From Slackia sp. (GTDB taxonomy: Bacteria; Actinomycetota; Coriobacteriia; Anaerosomatales; Anaerosomataceae): a stretch of DNA of 64,000 bases. The position numbers were made by a program, and so were the translations under genes. A model generated the notes under the pieces. It saw nothing but the letters and a program-made list of their open reading frames with translations. It made no database searches and was not told the origin of the DNA. Where the stretch lies: NCBI GenBank assembly GCA_020725885.1, contig DYEA01000008.1, positions 72,119 through 136,118 of the forward strand, given 5' to 3'. Shown piece by piece: positions 9,163-18,119 of this stretch; position 1 is the stretch's first letter; each line of letters opens with the position of its first letter.

Positions 9163-11352
9163 CTACGGCCCCCACGCCGCGTTGGCCGCCGCGTCCTTCA
9201 CGGCGTCGCTGACGGCGCCGGTGCCGCCGACGACGTGCAGGAACGACACCGCAGGCCGCCACGCCCGAAGCTCGAGGTCTGCGGCTTCGCTCAGCACCGT
9301 CGAGCGCGTGAGCAAGAGCGGGCACCCGTAGGCGCCGAGCATCGGCCCGGCAGAGAGCGCATCCGGGAAGTTCTCGCCTGTGGCGAGCCCAACGCCGTTC
9401 ATGTTCATGCCGCCGTCGACGCCCATCTGCGCGAGCGCGGCTGCGGTCGCGTAGCGGTCGGCGCCATACTTGCGCACGACGTTGGAGGCCCCGAGCCTGG
9501 CGACCAGGTCGTCGAACTGATCGGCGCTCACCGCGCTCTCGCCACCCGCCACGACGACGTACGTGACCTGCGGCGGCAAGTCCACGGTGGGGGATCCGGG
9601 GTCAGCAAGCAGCAGCGGGGTCCCGATGTACGCGAGCAGAGGTGCTGCCGCCACAGCATCTGGATACTTCGCGCCGGTGGCGACGAACGCCAGCCCGCCG
9701 TAGCCTGTCCCGCGCAGCTCGATCGTCTTTGCGGCGACTGCCCGCGCCGTCGCATACCGGTCCGTGCCGAACACTCTCACGACGTTCGCGGAGCCCAAGA
9801 GCGCGACAAGACGGTTCTTCACGGCGTCCGACACAGCACCGGTGCCCCCGAGCACGTAGGCCTTGACGGCCCCGAGCCGCTTGATCTCCGCCTCGATGTC
9901 CGCCGGCAGCGCGCTTGCACGAGTGAGCAGAACGGGCCCGTGCACCGCGCCCGCGAGCCCCGCCCCGCCGAGCGCGTCGGGCCAGTTCTCGCCGGTGCAC
10001 ACCACGACCGCTGGAGCGCCGCACGGGAACCCGTACCTGGAAGCGGCGGCGCTGGTGGCGTACCGGTCGGTGCCCGACACCCGCTTCACCGTGTCGGCGG
10101 GAGCGAGGGTGTTCAGGAATGTGTACCCGGTGACGCTGCCCTGGTACATGTCCGGCCTGTCGTCGTACGGCGCGCCGCACGCGAGGTTGCCGCCCGAGAG
10201 CCCCAACCCGAACCCGAAACGAGCATCCGCCGCCAAGACAGGAGGCCCGCTGATGCTCAAGGCTTCATTCACCGGAGAGCCGCTTGCAGCGCTGAGGTCG
10301 AAAACCTGGACGAGCCCGTGCCCCGAGTTCCAGTCCGGCGCAGCCACCGCGACCGTCGATCCTGACATCGCTACCCGGAATCCGAAGTCCACACCTGCAC
10401 CAAGCGCGGACGATGGCGCGATCGCCGCCTGACGGGCCCACGAGGTGCCAGAATCGACGTACCAATCCGCGCCGCCGTGGCTCGTCAAGGTCCCGACCGT
10501 CTTTCCAGGAGATCCGACGACCAGGTTACGCCCATCCGCTGCGACCGAGTATCCGAAGCGCAAGCCGGTTTCTGGCGTCACGGGGATGAGCGTCTGGGCG
10601 AGCTCGTACTTCGCCGCGGCGCTGTCCCATTCGAACGCGAACACGGCGCCGCTTTCCGCCGCGGCGCCGTACGGCCTGGTCGGCGCGCCGACGATGATGC
10701 TGTTCGGGAGCATCGTGATGGCCAACCCGAACCGTGCGCCAGCCAGAGGAGACGGATCCGTCAGCGCCTGCTTAAGCGTCCACGTCGAAGCCGGCTTCTC
10801 ATAGACGTACACGGCGCCGGCCGAGCTGCTCCAGTCGGGCGCGCCCACGGCGACCCTGCCCCCGCTCGTCGCCACGCTCCCGCCAAACTTCACAGCAGCC
10901 GCAACCGGCGAGCCGATGCGCGCGCTATAGACCCACGACTCGCCTGACCGCACGTAGATGTACACGGCCCCGTAACTGGAATCCTCGAGCGGTGCGCCCA
11001 CGACGAGAACGTCGTCGCCCATCGCAAGCGAGGATCCGAATTCCGCGCCCGCTGTCGCGACCGCAGCCTGCAGAACTCCAGCCGATTGCCAATTCGGCCC
11101 CCGCCGCTCGAAGAGATACACCTTTCCAGCGCTCCATGCCGGACCGATGTCTGCTCGAGGCACGCCCACCGCCATCAGATTCCCGCGGACAGCCACCGCT
11201 TGGCCGCAGAGATCCCCTGCCGCCCCTCCGTACGAGAAGAGCCGCTGGACCGCCCACAGGCCGGAAGTGACACCGAACGCTGGCGATGCCAGCCACACCG
11301 ACAGAATCGCCGCAACAAGGAAGACGCCGAGGACTCGAAGCGACCGAGACAT
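9163..11352 (-). CDS. Secreted cell-wall-associated protein with N-terminal FG-GAP (integrin-alpha-like) repeats and three C-terminal CWB2 cell-wall-binding repeats
   Basis: Signal peptide MSRSLRVLGVFLVAAILSVWLASPAFG. Repeated FG.S(L/V)A...GAP units. Three copies of GTDRYATxxA...(E)NxPDAL(S/G)...PLLLT (PF04122-like). The ATG at 11352 is M11 of the track ORF. Confidence 0.8.
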   Translation of the reverse strand: MSRSLRVLGVFLVAAILSVWLASPAFGVTSGLWAVQRLFSYGGAAGDLCGQAVAVRGNLMAVGVPRADIGPAWSAGKVYLFERRGPNWQSAGVLQAAVATAGAEFGSSLAMGDDVLVVGAPLEDSSYGAVYIYVRSGESWVYSARIGSPVAAAVKFGGSVATSGGRVAVGAPDWSSSAGAVYVYEKPASTWTLKQALTDPSPLAGARFGLAITMLPNSIIVGAPTRPYGAAAESGAVFAFEWDSAAAKYELAQTLIPVTPETGLRFGYSVAADGRNLVVGSPGKTVGTLTSHGGADWYVDSGTSWARQAAIAPSSALGAGVDFGFRVAMSGSTVAVAAPDWNSGHGLVQVFDLSAASGSPVNEALSISGPPVLAADARFGFGLGLSGGNLACGAPYDDRPDMYQGSVTGYTFLNTLAPADTVKRVSGTDRYATSAAASRYGFPCGAPAVVVCTGENWPDALGGAGLAGAVHGPVLLTRASALPADIEAEIKRLGAVKAYVLGGTGAVSDAVKNRLVALLGSANVVRVFGTDRYATARAVAAKTIELRGTGYGGLAFVATGAKYPDAVAAAPLLAYIGTPLLLADPGSPTVDLPPQVTYVVVAGGESAVSADQFDDLVARLGASNVVRKYGADRYATAAALAQMGVDGGMNMNGVGLATGENFPDALSAGPMLGAYGCPLLLTRSTVLSEAADLELRAWRPAVSFLHVVGGTGAVSDAVKDAAANAAWGP

Positions 11353-11428
11353 GCAGCCTACCCCCCGCTCATCCGAAGACAAGCCCGAGGAGGCGCCTGC
11401 CTATGTCTCATATGCCCACAGTATACCC

Positions 11429-12241
11429 TCAGCGAACGGGCACGACGGCCGCTCTCCGCGCCTGGAATGCGCTGCACAACCCCTCGAACGAGACCTCGTC
11501 GAGCTCGAGCGTGCTCGTCCGCCGGCCCATCTCGTCGAGCGAGTGCGAATCCGACGAGCAGACGTGGGCGATTGCCAGGCCGTCCCGGAAACGGCAGCGC
11601 GCGGAGTGGTCGATGAGCTCGATCGCATGCACGTGCTCGCACTCGACGAGGTCGTGGACCAGGTCGGAGTCGATGAAGCGGTAGTCGCCGAAGGTTCGGT
11701 CGACGTGGCCGACGATGCAGATGCCGCCGAGGTTGTCGATGAGCGCGGCGACCTGACGGGGGTCTTCGTCGACCCACAGCATCGGGAGGTCGGGGATGGA
11801 GGCCGGCATGCGAGGCAGCCCGAGCCCGTCCATCAAGGCCGCGAAGTCATCTGCGTAACTCTTGGGCGAGAAGAGCGCGACGAGGTGCGTCTCTTCTCCG
11901 GAATGCCGCACCTTGATCTCGCTGCCGGGGATGACCAAGAGCCGGCGGCCGGTCTCTGCTGCCACCTCATCGGCGGCAGCCAGCAGCAGCGGCGCCCACA
12001 GCACGCTGAAGTGGTCGGTCGCGCCGAAGACGTCGATGCCGACCTCGAGCGCGCGCTCGACGACCGCGCGAGGCGTCGTCGCCGCATCGCCCCGGTAATC
12101 GTTCGGGATGAGCGGGGTGTGGTTGTGCAGGTCGACGGTGACGTATCGCAACCGGTCCTCCTGGGTCCCATCATACGCCTTCTCTTCGGCTCTCGACCGC
12201 TGCGTTACGCCGGGCCTGCAGACCTGTCGCGCAACGTTCAT
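11429..12241 (-). CDS. PHP-domain metal-dependent phosphoesterase
   Basis: VDLHNHT ... GATDHF ... CSSDSH His/Asp motifs match the PHP family. The start overlaps the upstream activase stop (ATGA). Confidence 0.75.
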   Translation of the reverse strand: MNVARQVCRPGVTQRSRAEEKAYDGTQEDRLRYVTVDLHNHTPLIPNDYRGDAATTPRAVVERALEVGIDVFGATDHFSVLWAPLLLAAADEVAAETGRRLLVIPGSEIKVRHSGEETHLVALFSPKSYADDFAALMDGLGLPRMPASIPDLPMLWVDEDPRQVAALIDNLGGICIVGHVDRTFGDYRFIDSDLVHDLVECEHVHAIELIDHSARCRFRDGLAIAHVCSSDSHSLDEMGRRTSTLELDEVSFEGLCSAFQARRAAVVPVR

Positions 12242-12996
12242 GCAGACACCCTCTCGCTCAGTGCGCTCAACGCCGCGCCGTACGCGCCCACGATCTGCGC
12301 CTCGTCAGGCACGAGCACCTCGCCGTCGAACCCCGCCCGTATGAGAGCGACCATCGCCGGGTTCTTGGCCACGCCGCCAGCGAAGACCAGCGGGCCGCGT
12401 GCGTTCACGCGTTTGAGCGCGCCCAGCGTGCGCCGCGCAATCGACTCGTGCAGCCCGCGGGCGATGCGCGCACGGTCTTCGCCGCGATGCACAAGCCCCG
12501 TGACCTCGCTTTCGGCGAAGACCGTGCACATGCTGGAGATCGCGACGCCGGCATCCGCAGCAAGCGCCGACGCCGCCATCTCCTCGAGCTCGAACCCGAG
12601 GGCGCGCGCCATGACTTCGAGGAACTTGCCGGTCCCCGCGGCGCACTTGTCGTTCATCTCGAAATCGACGACCTTGCCACCGGATCCAAGCGCGATGACC
12701 TTCGTGTCCTGACCCCCGATGTCGAGCACCGCTCGGGCTTCAGGAAACAGCTTGTGCGCGCCGAAGCCGTACGCGGTGATCTCGGTGACCGGCGACCCGC
12801 CGAACCGCTGAGCAGCGGCGTGCCGCCCGTACCCCGTCGCGACGATCACATCGTGGCCGCCGCGGGCGACGAATGCCTCCGCGACCGCCTGCGGGTCGAA
12901 ACCGGAGTCGGCAACCGCCCAATCCACGATGCGGCCATCGTTCAGCCACACCGCATCGACGCTGCGAGAGCCGATGTCCAATCCGAGAACGCGCAT
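12238..12996 (-). CDS. CoA-substrate-specific enzyme activase (2-hydroxyacyl-CoA dehydratase activator HgdC/YjiL family, BadF/BadG/BcrA/BcrD ATPase)
   Basis: MRVLGLDIGSRSVDAV N-terminal ASKHA motif. ...VATGYGR... NDKCAAGTGKFLE and SSMCTVFAESEV match the cluster-bridging Cys region of the activases. Confidence 0.85.
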   Translation of the reverse strand: MRVLGLDIGSRSVDAVWLNDGRIVDWAVADSGFDPQAVAEAFVARGGHDVIVATGYGRHAAAQRFGGSPVTEITAYGFGAHKLFPEARAVLDIGGQDTKVIALGSGGKVVDFEMNDKCAAGTGKFLEVMARALGFELEEMAASALAADAGVAISSMCTVFAESEVTGLVHRGEDRARIARGLHESIARRTLGALKRVNARGPLVFAGGVAKNPAMVALIRAGFDGEVLVPDEAQIVGAYGAALSALSERVSA

Positions 12997-13068
12997 GCCT
13001 GGCCCTTCGTGGGGTCTGGAAGCCGCCGCTCGGCGACGCGCTCCGGCCGTCCCACCTTCTCTGTGACG

Positions 13069-14355
13069 CTACAGCATCTCCAAGAATGCCTCGACCCGCG
13101 TCGAAAGCTGGCCGATGTCTTCCATCGAATAGTCGGTGTCGATCTTCAGCAGCGGGATGCCCGCTTCTTGAGCAGCGCGCTCCACGTGCGTCGCCTCGAT
13201 CTGGTACGGTCCGCAGAACTGCAGCGCGTAGTGCACGATGCCGTCGGCCTTCCACTCGCGCGCCATGTCGATCACATCGCTGCAGCGCGCATCGTTCGGC
13301 GTGAAGCATGCGCAGTTGATGTCGAGATACTTGTCTGCGATAGCGTCGAGCAGCTCGTCCATCGTGGTGTCCTCGCCCATCTCTGGGACGAGCTTGCTGT
13401 AGTAGCGCGAGCCGGTGCACAGCTCCTCTTGCACGACCACGCCGCCCGCCTTTTCGATGACGTCGTGCACCTTCCAGTTGGGGATCGCCATCGGCGTGCC
13501 CGTCACAAGGATCCGCTTGGCTCCCTTCGGGGCAGCACCCACGCCGTTCGCGACGCGCTGCTCGAGCTCGTCAGCGATCTGGTTCACCATCTGCGTGAAC
13601 CGCGCCACGTCGTCATAGAACGCGACCTGCACGGCCAGGAGCGCGTCCTTCCCGCTGATCGGAACCGGGTCGGCCTTGCGAGCGGCAGCGACCCGCTGAA
13701 GCGCGCGGCGCTTGTCGTTGACTTCTTTGATCGCGGCGCGAAGCCCGTCGGCGGTGATGTTGTTGCCGGTCAGCTCTTCGACCTTTGCGACCAGCTCCCT
13801 GATCTCCGCACGCCAGAAGTCTCTATCGCGCTCCCGCTTCATCTGCGGCAGCTCCATGACCCACACGTTGTGGAGCTCGCCGAGGAGCTCGTACGCCTTC
13901 TTCTTGCCGTCGCAGGTGGTCTCGCCGATGACGAGATCGGCTTCTTGGATGTACGGGCAGACCTTGCCGAGCTTGAAACCCATGAACGACTTGATGAGCG
14001 CGCACGTGTTGCGCGGCATGATGCGCTCGACCTCGTCGTACGCGAACTCGGCGCCCGCACACAGGCCGACGCACCACGCGCCTGCGGCTCGGACTATCTC
14101 CTCCGGGACGTACAGGCAGAAGGTGCCGACCACCTTGCCGCCTTGTGCTCGGAAGTCGTCAAGCTCCTTGATACGCAGGCCGTGGATCTCGCTGATCACG
14201 AAGTCGAAGTACGACATGCCCTCGGGACGGTTCTGCTGAGACAGGTACGCGTCCGCGTACAGAGGGCCGACCGCTGCGAGGAGCGCATCGTGCGCGTCGA
14301 GGTCAAGGCCGAGCTTCTCCCACATCGGACGGTAGTCGACTGGCTGGTCGGACAT
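13069..14355 (-). CDS. 2-hydroxyacyl-CoA dehydratase / benzoyl-CoA reductase BcrC-BadD-HgdB family protein (stand-alone double-cubane-cluster-protein-like, YjiM type)
   Basis: 428 aa with a PF06050-like Cys pattern (CLYVPEE, CAGAEF, TTCDGKKK, CTGSRYY, CACFTPNDARCS, FCGPYQ). It is followed by the activase gene, the typical DCCP-plus-activase pair. RBS GAAGGAGG. Confidence 0.8.
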   Translation of the reverse strand: MSDQPVDYRPMWEKLGLDLDAHDALLAAVGPLYADAYLSQQNRPEGMSYFDFVISEIHGLRIKELDDFRAQGGKVVGTFCLYVPEEIVRAAGAWCVGLCAGAEFAYDEVERIMPRNTCALIKSFMGFKLGKVCPYIQEADLVIGETTCDGKKKAYELLGELHNVWVMELPQMKRERDRDFWRAEIRELVAKVEELTGNNITADGLRAAIKEVNDKRRALQRVAAARKADPVPISGKDALLAVQVAFYDDVARFTQMVNQIADELEQRVANGVGAAPKGAKRILVTGTPMAIPNWKVHDVIEKAGGVVVQEELCTGSRYYSKLVPEMGEDTTMDELLDAIADKYLDINCACFTPNDARCSDVIDMAREWKADGIVHYALQFCGPYQIEATHVERAAQEAGIPLLKIDTDYSMEDIGQLSTRVEAFLEML

Positions 14356-14477
14356 GACGCCTCCTTCATCTGGTCTGATAGTTATTGTTAGAGGCGTTTA
14401 TACTACGGAGAAGCTCCGTCCGCCAGTGCAAGCGTCAGGACCCCTAGCGGTGCCGCTGAGAGCTCGGCCTGCCTGCC

Positions 14478-14924
14478 CTACGCGTCCAGCACGCTCGTGC
14501 ACGCCGGGCACTTCACGGCGTCGACGGCGATCTCTGTCTTGCAGAACGGGCAGGTCTTGGTCGCGGGCGCGGCCGCGGGCTCCGGCCGGCGCAGCCGGTT
14601 GATCGCCTTCACAACGACGAACAGCGCGAACGCGACGATGAGGAAGTTGACGATCGCGTTGATGAACAGGCCGTAGTTGAGCGTCACGGCTCCCACGTCG
14701 GTCGCCGCCGCGAGGCTCGCGTACGGCGCCGGCTGGGCGCCTTCGCGCAGCACTATGAACAGGTTGGTGAAATCAGCCCCGCCGAGCAGCACGCCGATCG
14801 GCGGCATCAGCACGTCCTTGACCAGCGAGTTCACCACCGCGCCGAACGCGGCGCCGACGACCACGCCGACTGCGAGATCGATCGCGTTGCCTTTGACCGC
14901 GAACTCCTTGAACTCCTTGAGCAC
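14478..14924 (-). CDS. mscL: Large-conductance mechanosensitive channel MscL with a C-terminal CxxC...CxxC zinc-ribbon extension
   Basis: GTG start (V12 of the track ORF) has RBS AAGGGAGGGG 5 nt upstream. [27 protein letters not shown] is the MscL signature. The C-terminal [18 protein letters not shown] forms the zinc ribbon. Confidence 0.9.
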   Translation of the reverse strand: MLKEFKEFAVKGNAIDLAVGVVVGAAFGAVVNSLVKDVLMPPIGVLLGGADFTNLFIVLREGAQPAPYASLAAATDVGAVTLNYGLFINAIVNFLIVAFALFVVVKAINRLRRPEPAAAPATKTCPFCKTEIAVDAVKCPACTSVLDA

Positions 14925-14961
14925 GGCCCCTCCCTTCAACAGGCGGCGCGCTTGCACCGCG

Positions 14962-16245
14962 CTACCTCACCGGCTCGATCCGCTCCTGGCCGCCCATATA
15001 CGGCCGCAGCGCTTCGGGGATGACGACGGAGCCGTCGGGCTGCTGGTAGTTCTCGAGCACCGCGACGAGCGTGCGGCCCACGGCGAGCCCGCTGCCGTTC
15101 AAGGTGTGCACGAAGCGGCTGCCTTTGAACGCCGCCGGGTCGCGGTACTTGATCGACGCGCGGCGGGCCTGGAAGTCCCAGCAGTCGCTGCAGCTGGAGA
15201 TCTCCTTGTAGCCGCCGTACGACGGCAGCCAGACCTCGATGTCGTAGGTCTTCGCGGACGAGAAGCCCATGTCGCCGGTGCACAGCACCACCACGCGGTA
15301 CGCGAGCCCGAGCGCTTGCAGGATGTGCTCGGCGTCAGCCACCATGCCTTCCAGCTCGTCGAGCGACGTCTCGGGCGTGGCGAACTTCACCAGCTCCACC
15401 TTGTCGAACTGGTGCACGCGGATCATCCCGCGCGTGTCGCGCCCCGCCGCGCCTGCCTCCTCACGGAAGCACGGCGTGTACGCGCAGTACTTGAGCGGCA
15501 GCGCGCTGGCGTCCAGCACCTCGTCGCGGTGCAGGTTCGTGAGCTGCACCTCGGCGGTGGGGATCAGGTAGAGCCCCTCGCCCGTCTTGAACAGGTCGTC
15601 CTCGAACTTCGGCAGCTGGCCCGTGCCGGTGAGCGTCTCGGCGTTCGCGAGCGCCGGGAGAGACCACTCCGTGTACCCGCGCTTGGCGTGCTCGTCGAGC
15701 ATGAAGTTGATGAGCGCGCGGTTCAGCCGCGCGCCGTCGCGCCCGAGCACGACGAAGCGGCTCTTCGCGAGCTTCACGCCGCGCTCGAAGTCGATGACGC
15801 CGAGCGCCGGGCCGAGGTCCCAGTGCGCCTTGGGCTCGAAGTCGAACTCCGGCGGCGTGCCCCAGCGACGGACCTCGACATTGCCGGATTCGTCGGGCCC
15901 GACCGGCACGCTTTCGTGCAGGATGTTCGGGATCGTGAGGAGCAGGTCGCGCGTCGCGGCGTCGACGTCAGCGAGCGCAGCGTCGAGCTCGGCGATATCC
16001 TCGTTGAGGCGGCGGACTTCTTCCTTGCGCTGCTCGGCAGCGGCGTGGTCGCCCGCCTTCATGAGCGCGCCGATCTCCTTGGAGGCGGCGTTGCGCGCCG
16101 CCTGGCGGCTCTCGGTCTCAGCGATCAGGCGCCGGCGCTCAGCATCCAGCTCGACGAAGCGCTCGAGCGGCCAATCGGCGCCGCGGTTTGCGAGCGCCTG
16201 GCGCACGAGCTCGATGTTCTCACGGACGAACTTCGCGTCGAGCAT
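14962..16245 (-). CDS. serS: Seryl-tRNA synthetase
   Basis: [11 protein letters not shown]-terminal coiled coil, then class II aaRS motifs ([43 protein letters not shown]). RBS GGAGG. Confidence 0.95.
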   Translation of the reverse strand: MLDAKFVRENIELVRQALANRGADWPLERFVELDAERRRLIAETESRQAARNAASKEIGALMKAGDHAAAEQRKEEVRRLNEDIAELDAALADVDAATRDLLLTIPNILHESVPVGPDESGNVEVRRWGTPPEFDFEPKAHWDLGPALGVIDFERGVKLAKSRFVVLGRDGARLNRALINFMLDEHAKRGYTEWSLPALANAETLTGTGQLPKFEDDLFKTGEGLYLIPTAEVQLTNLHRDEVLDASALPLKYCAYTPCFREEAGAAGRDTRGMIRVHQFDKVELVKFATPETSLDELEGMVADAEHILQALGLAYRVVVLCTGDMGFSSAKTYDIEVWLPSYGGYKEISSCSDCWDFQARRASIKYRDPAAFKGSRFVHTLNGSGLAVGRTLVAVLENYQQPDGSVVIPEALRPYMGGQERIEPVR

Positions 16246-16261
16246 GGGACCTCCGGGAGCA

Positions 16262-17290
16262 AGACGTCACTCGAAGTATAGACGAGGCCAGCCGATGAAC
16301 GAGCAGGCGAGCTACAGCCGTGCCTGCTCTCGATGCCAGTCCAGCCGGTCGACCGAGGGCCAAGAAGATCTGTCTCGCGGTAAGTGGATTCGCCTGCCGG
16401 CATAGTCCGCGTAACGAGTACTTGCCAACTCGGGCGACACAAGCAGTCTCTGGGAACTGGTGTCGACAGCCACAAGGAACAGGTCAAACAAGTCGTGCAT
16501 GTCGGCACGGAGCAGCAATCCGTTGTCTACTCGATTCGACGCCGGCCCGCGATACGGCTGAATATGCGCAGCTTCTAGCGCGTCGTCAGCGTCGTATTCC
16601 GAAAAGGCGCATCGTCCCTCGTAAGCCACTAGGAGTTGCTTCCTGAAGTACGGCTGGCCTTGGCGCCTGACAACAGAGGCAATGACGCGCTGGCGTTCGT
16701 CTACGCGGTCTGCCGCTGTTGGCTCAGCAGCCCATGAAATCAGCGCCAATTGCTCACTCGGCTTCTTCAGCACAAAGGCGGTACCATCGAAACCTGCTGG
16801 CCCTGACAGAATGTAGTATCCGTCTCTGTAGTCACTGACAAAGCCAAGCCCGAGAACACGATACGCACTCGAACCGTGCACAGGCGCTGCCATCAGTACC
16901 CCGACCGGAATGCCAGCCTCGCGACACAAGTCGAGCGCACGATTCCGCGCTTTGCCGTAGCGGTCCTCTAGACCCTCACCTTCCTGGTGGTACTGGTAGA
17001 CCCAAGTGCCATCTACCTCGTAGGGCGGGAGGTCTTCATACACTCTTCGGTGGCTCTGCATGACGCTCAGCGCGTACGGGAGCCCTGAGGGCTTCCATAT
17101 CCCGAACTGCGGCCCTGAGACACGATATGCCAAGCCCACGTCCTGTGGCCGCTGACGAAAGACCTGCCCTTCGTTCTCCTCAAACCAAAGCAGCACGTCC
17201 AGATGTGACTGCTCGATCTCGACACGCCTGATTCCTGTCTCGATGACCGGCATCGCCCCCGCCTCCGCCGTCGCTCCCCTGCTCGACGCC
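16262..17290. other. Lower-GC (~56-58%) insertion patch carrying an HNH endonuclease, between serS and pheA
   Basis: The local base composition drops from the ~70% background. It is flanked by two housekeeping genes on the same strand. Confidence 0.5.
16312..17253 (-). CDS. HNH endonuclease (HNH_2 / McrA-like; putative type IV modification-dependent restriction enzyme) with an uncharacterised N-terminal domain
   Basis: C-terminal YEGRCAFSEYDADDALEAAHIQPYRGPASNRVDNGLLLRADMHDLFD matches the HNH motif (H...N...H). RBS GGAGG. The gene has low GC. Confidence 0.7.
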   Translation of the reverse strand: MPVIETGIRRVEIEQSHLDVLLWFEENEGQVFRQRPQDVGLAYRVSGPQFGIWKPSGLPYALSVMQSHRRVYEDLPPYEVDGTWVYQYHQEGEGLEDRYGKARNRALDLCREAGIPVGVLMAAPVHGSSAYRVLGLGFVSDYRDGYYILSGPAGFDGTAFVLKKPSEQLALISWAAEPTAADRVDERQRVIASVVRRQGQPYFRKQLLVAYEGRCAFSEYDADDALEAAHIQPYRGPASNRVDNGLLLRADMHDLFDLFLVAVDTSSQRLLVSPELASTRYADYAGRRIHLPRDRSSWPSVDRLDWHREQARL

Positions 17291-17291
17291 C

Positions 17292-18119
17292 TCAGCGCTT
17301 GTCAGCGCGCGGGTAGCTCCCCAAGACCTTGACCTCGCGCAGCTTCAGCCGCAGGCAGTCCAGCGCGAGGCGCACGTTCGGGTCCTCCACGTGCCCCTCG
17401 AGGTCCACGTAGAACATGTACTCGCCCAGCGACCGCTTCGTCGGCCGCGACTGCAGCTTCGTGAGGTTGATGTCGCCGTACGCGAACTCCGCGAGGATCG
17501 TCAGCAGCGCACCCGGCTTGTCGCGCTTCAAGAACAGCGCGAGCGAGGTCTTGTCGTGGCCGGTCCGCTCGCGGATGCCGCGCCCGATCACCACGAAGCG
17601 CGTCTGGTTGCCGGCGTAGTCCTCGATGGCCGGCTCGCGCACCTCGCCGCCATAGAGCTCGGCCGCCAGCCGCGTGCCGATCGCCGCCACCGTCGGGTCC
17701 TCGACCGCGCGCTGCACGGCTTCGGCCGTCGAGTTCGCCGCCACCACGACGCGGCCCGGGAGGTTGCGCGCGAGCCACTTGCGGCACTGCCCGGAGGCCT
17801 GCGGGTGGCTCGCCACCGCGGTCACTCGCGCGAGGTCGACCCCCGGCGCGGTGATGAGCGCGTGGTGGATGTCGAGCACGATCTCGCCCTGGATCTCCAG
17901 TTGCGTATCGAACGCGAGCGCGTCCAGGGTGGCCGGCACGCTGCCCTCGACCGAGTTCTCGATCGGCACGACGCCGGCGTCGGCCAGCCCGCGCTCGACG
18001 GCGTCGAAGACCTCCTCGATCGTTCCGTACGGCACGCGCTCGACGCCCTCTTCGCCGAGCGCGATCACGGCCTCCTCGCTGAAGGTCCCTGACGGGCCCA
18101 AGAACGCATACCGCGTCAC
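17292..18119 (-). CDS. pheA: Prephenate dehydratase (PDT catalytic domain plus ACT domain)
   Basis: AFLGPSGTFSEEA, TRF, and ESRP-like motifs with a C-terminal ACT regulatory domain. The GTG start overlaps the upstream stop (GTGA). Confidence 0.9.
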   Translation of the reverse strand: MTRYAFLGPSGTFSEEAVIALGEEGVERVPYGTIEEVFDAVERGLADAGVVPIENSVEGSVPATLDALAFDTQLEIQGEIVLDIHHALITAPGVDLARVTAVASHPQASGQCRKWLARNLPGRVVVAANSTAEAVQRAVEDPTVAAIGTRLAAELYGGEVREPAIEDYAGNQTRFVVIGRGIRERTGHDKTSLALFLKRDKPGALLTILAEFAYGDINLTKLQSRPTKRSLGEYMFYVDLEGHVEDPNVRLALDCLRLKLREVKVLGSYPRADKR

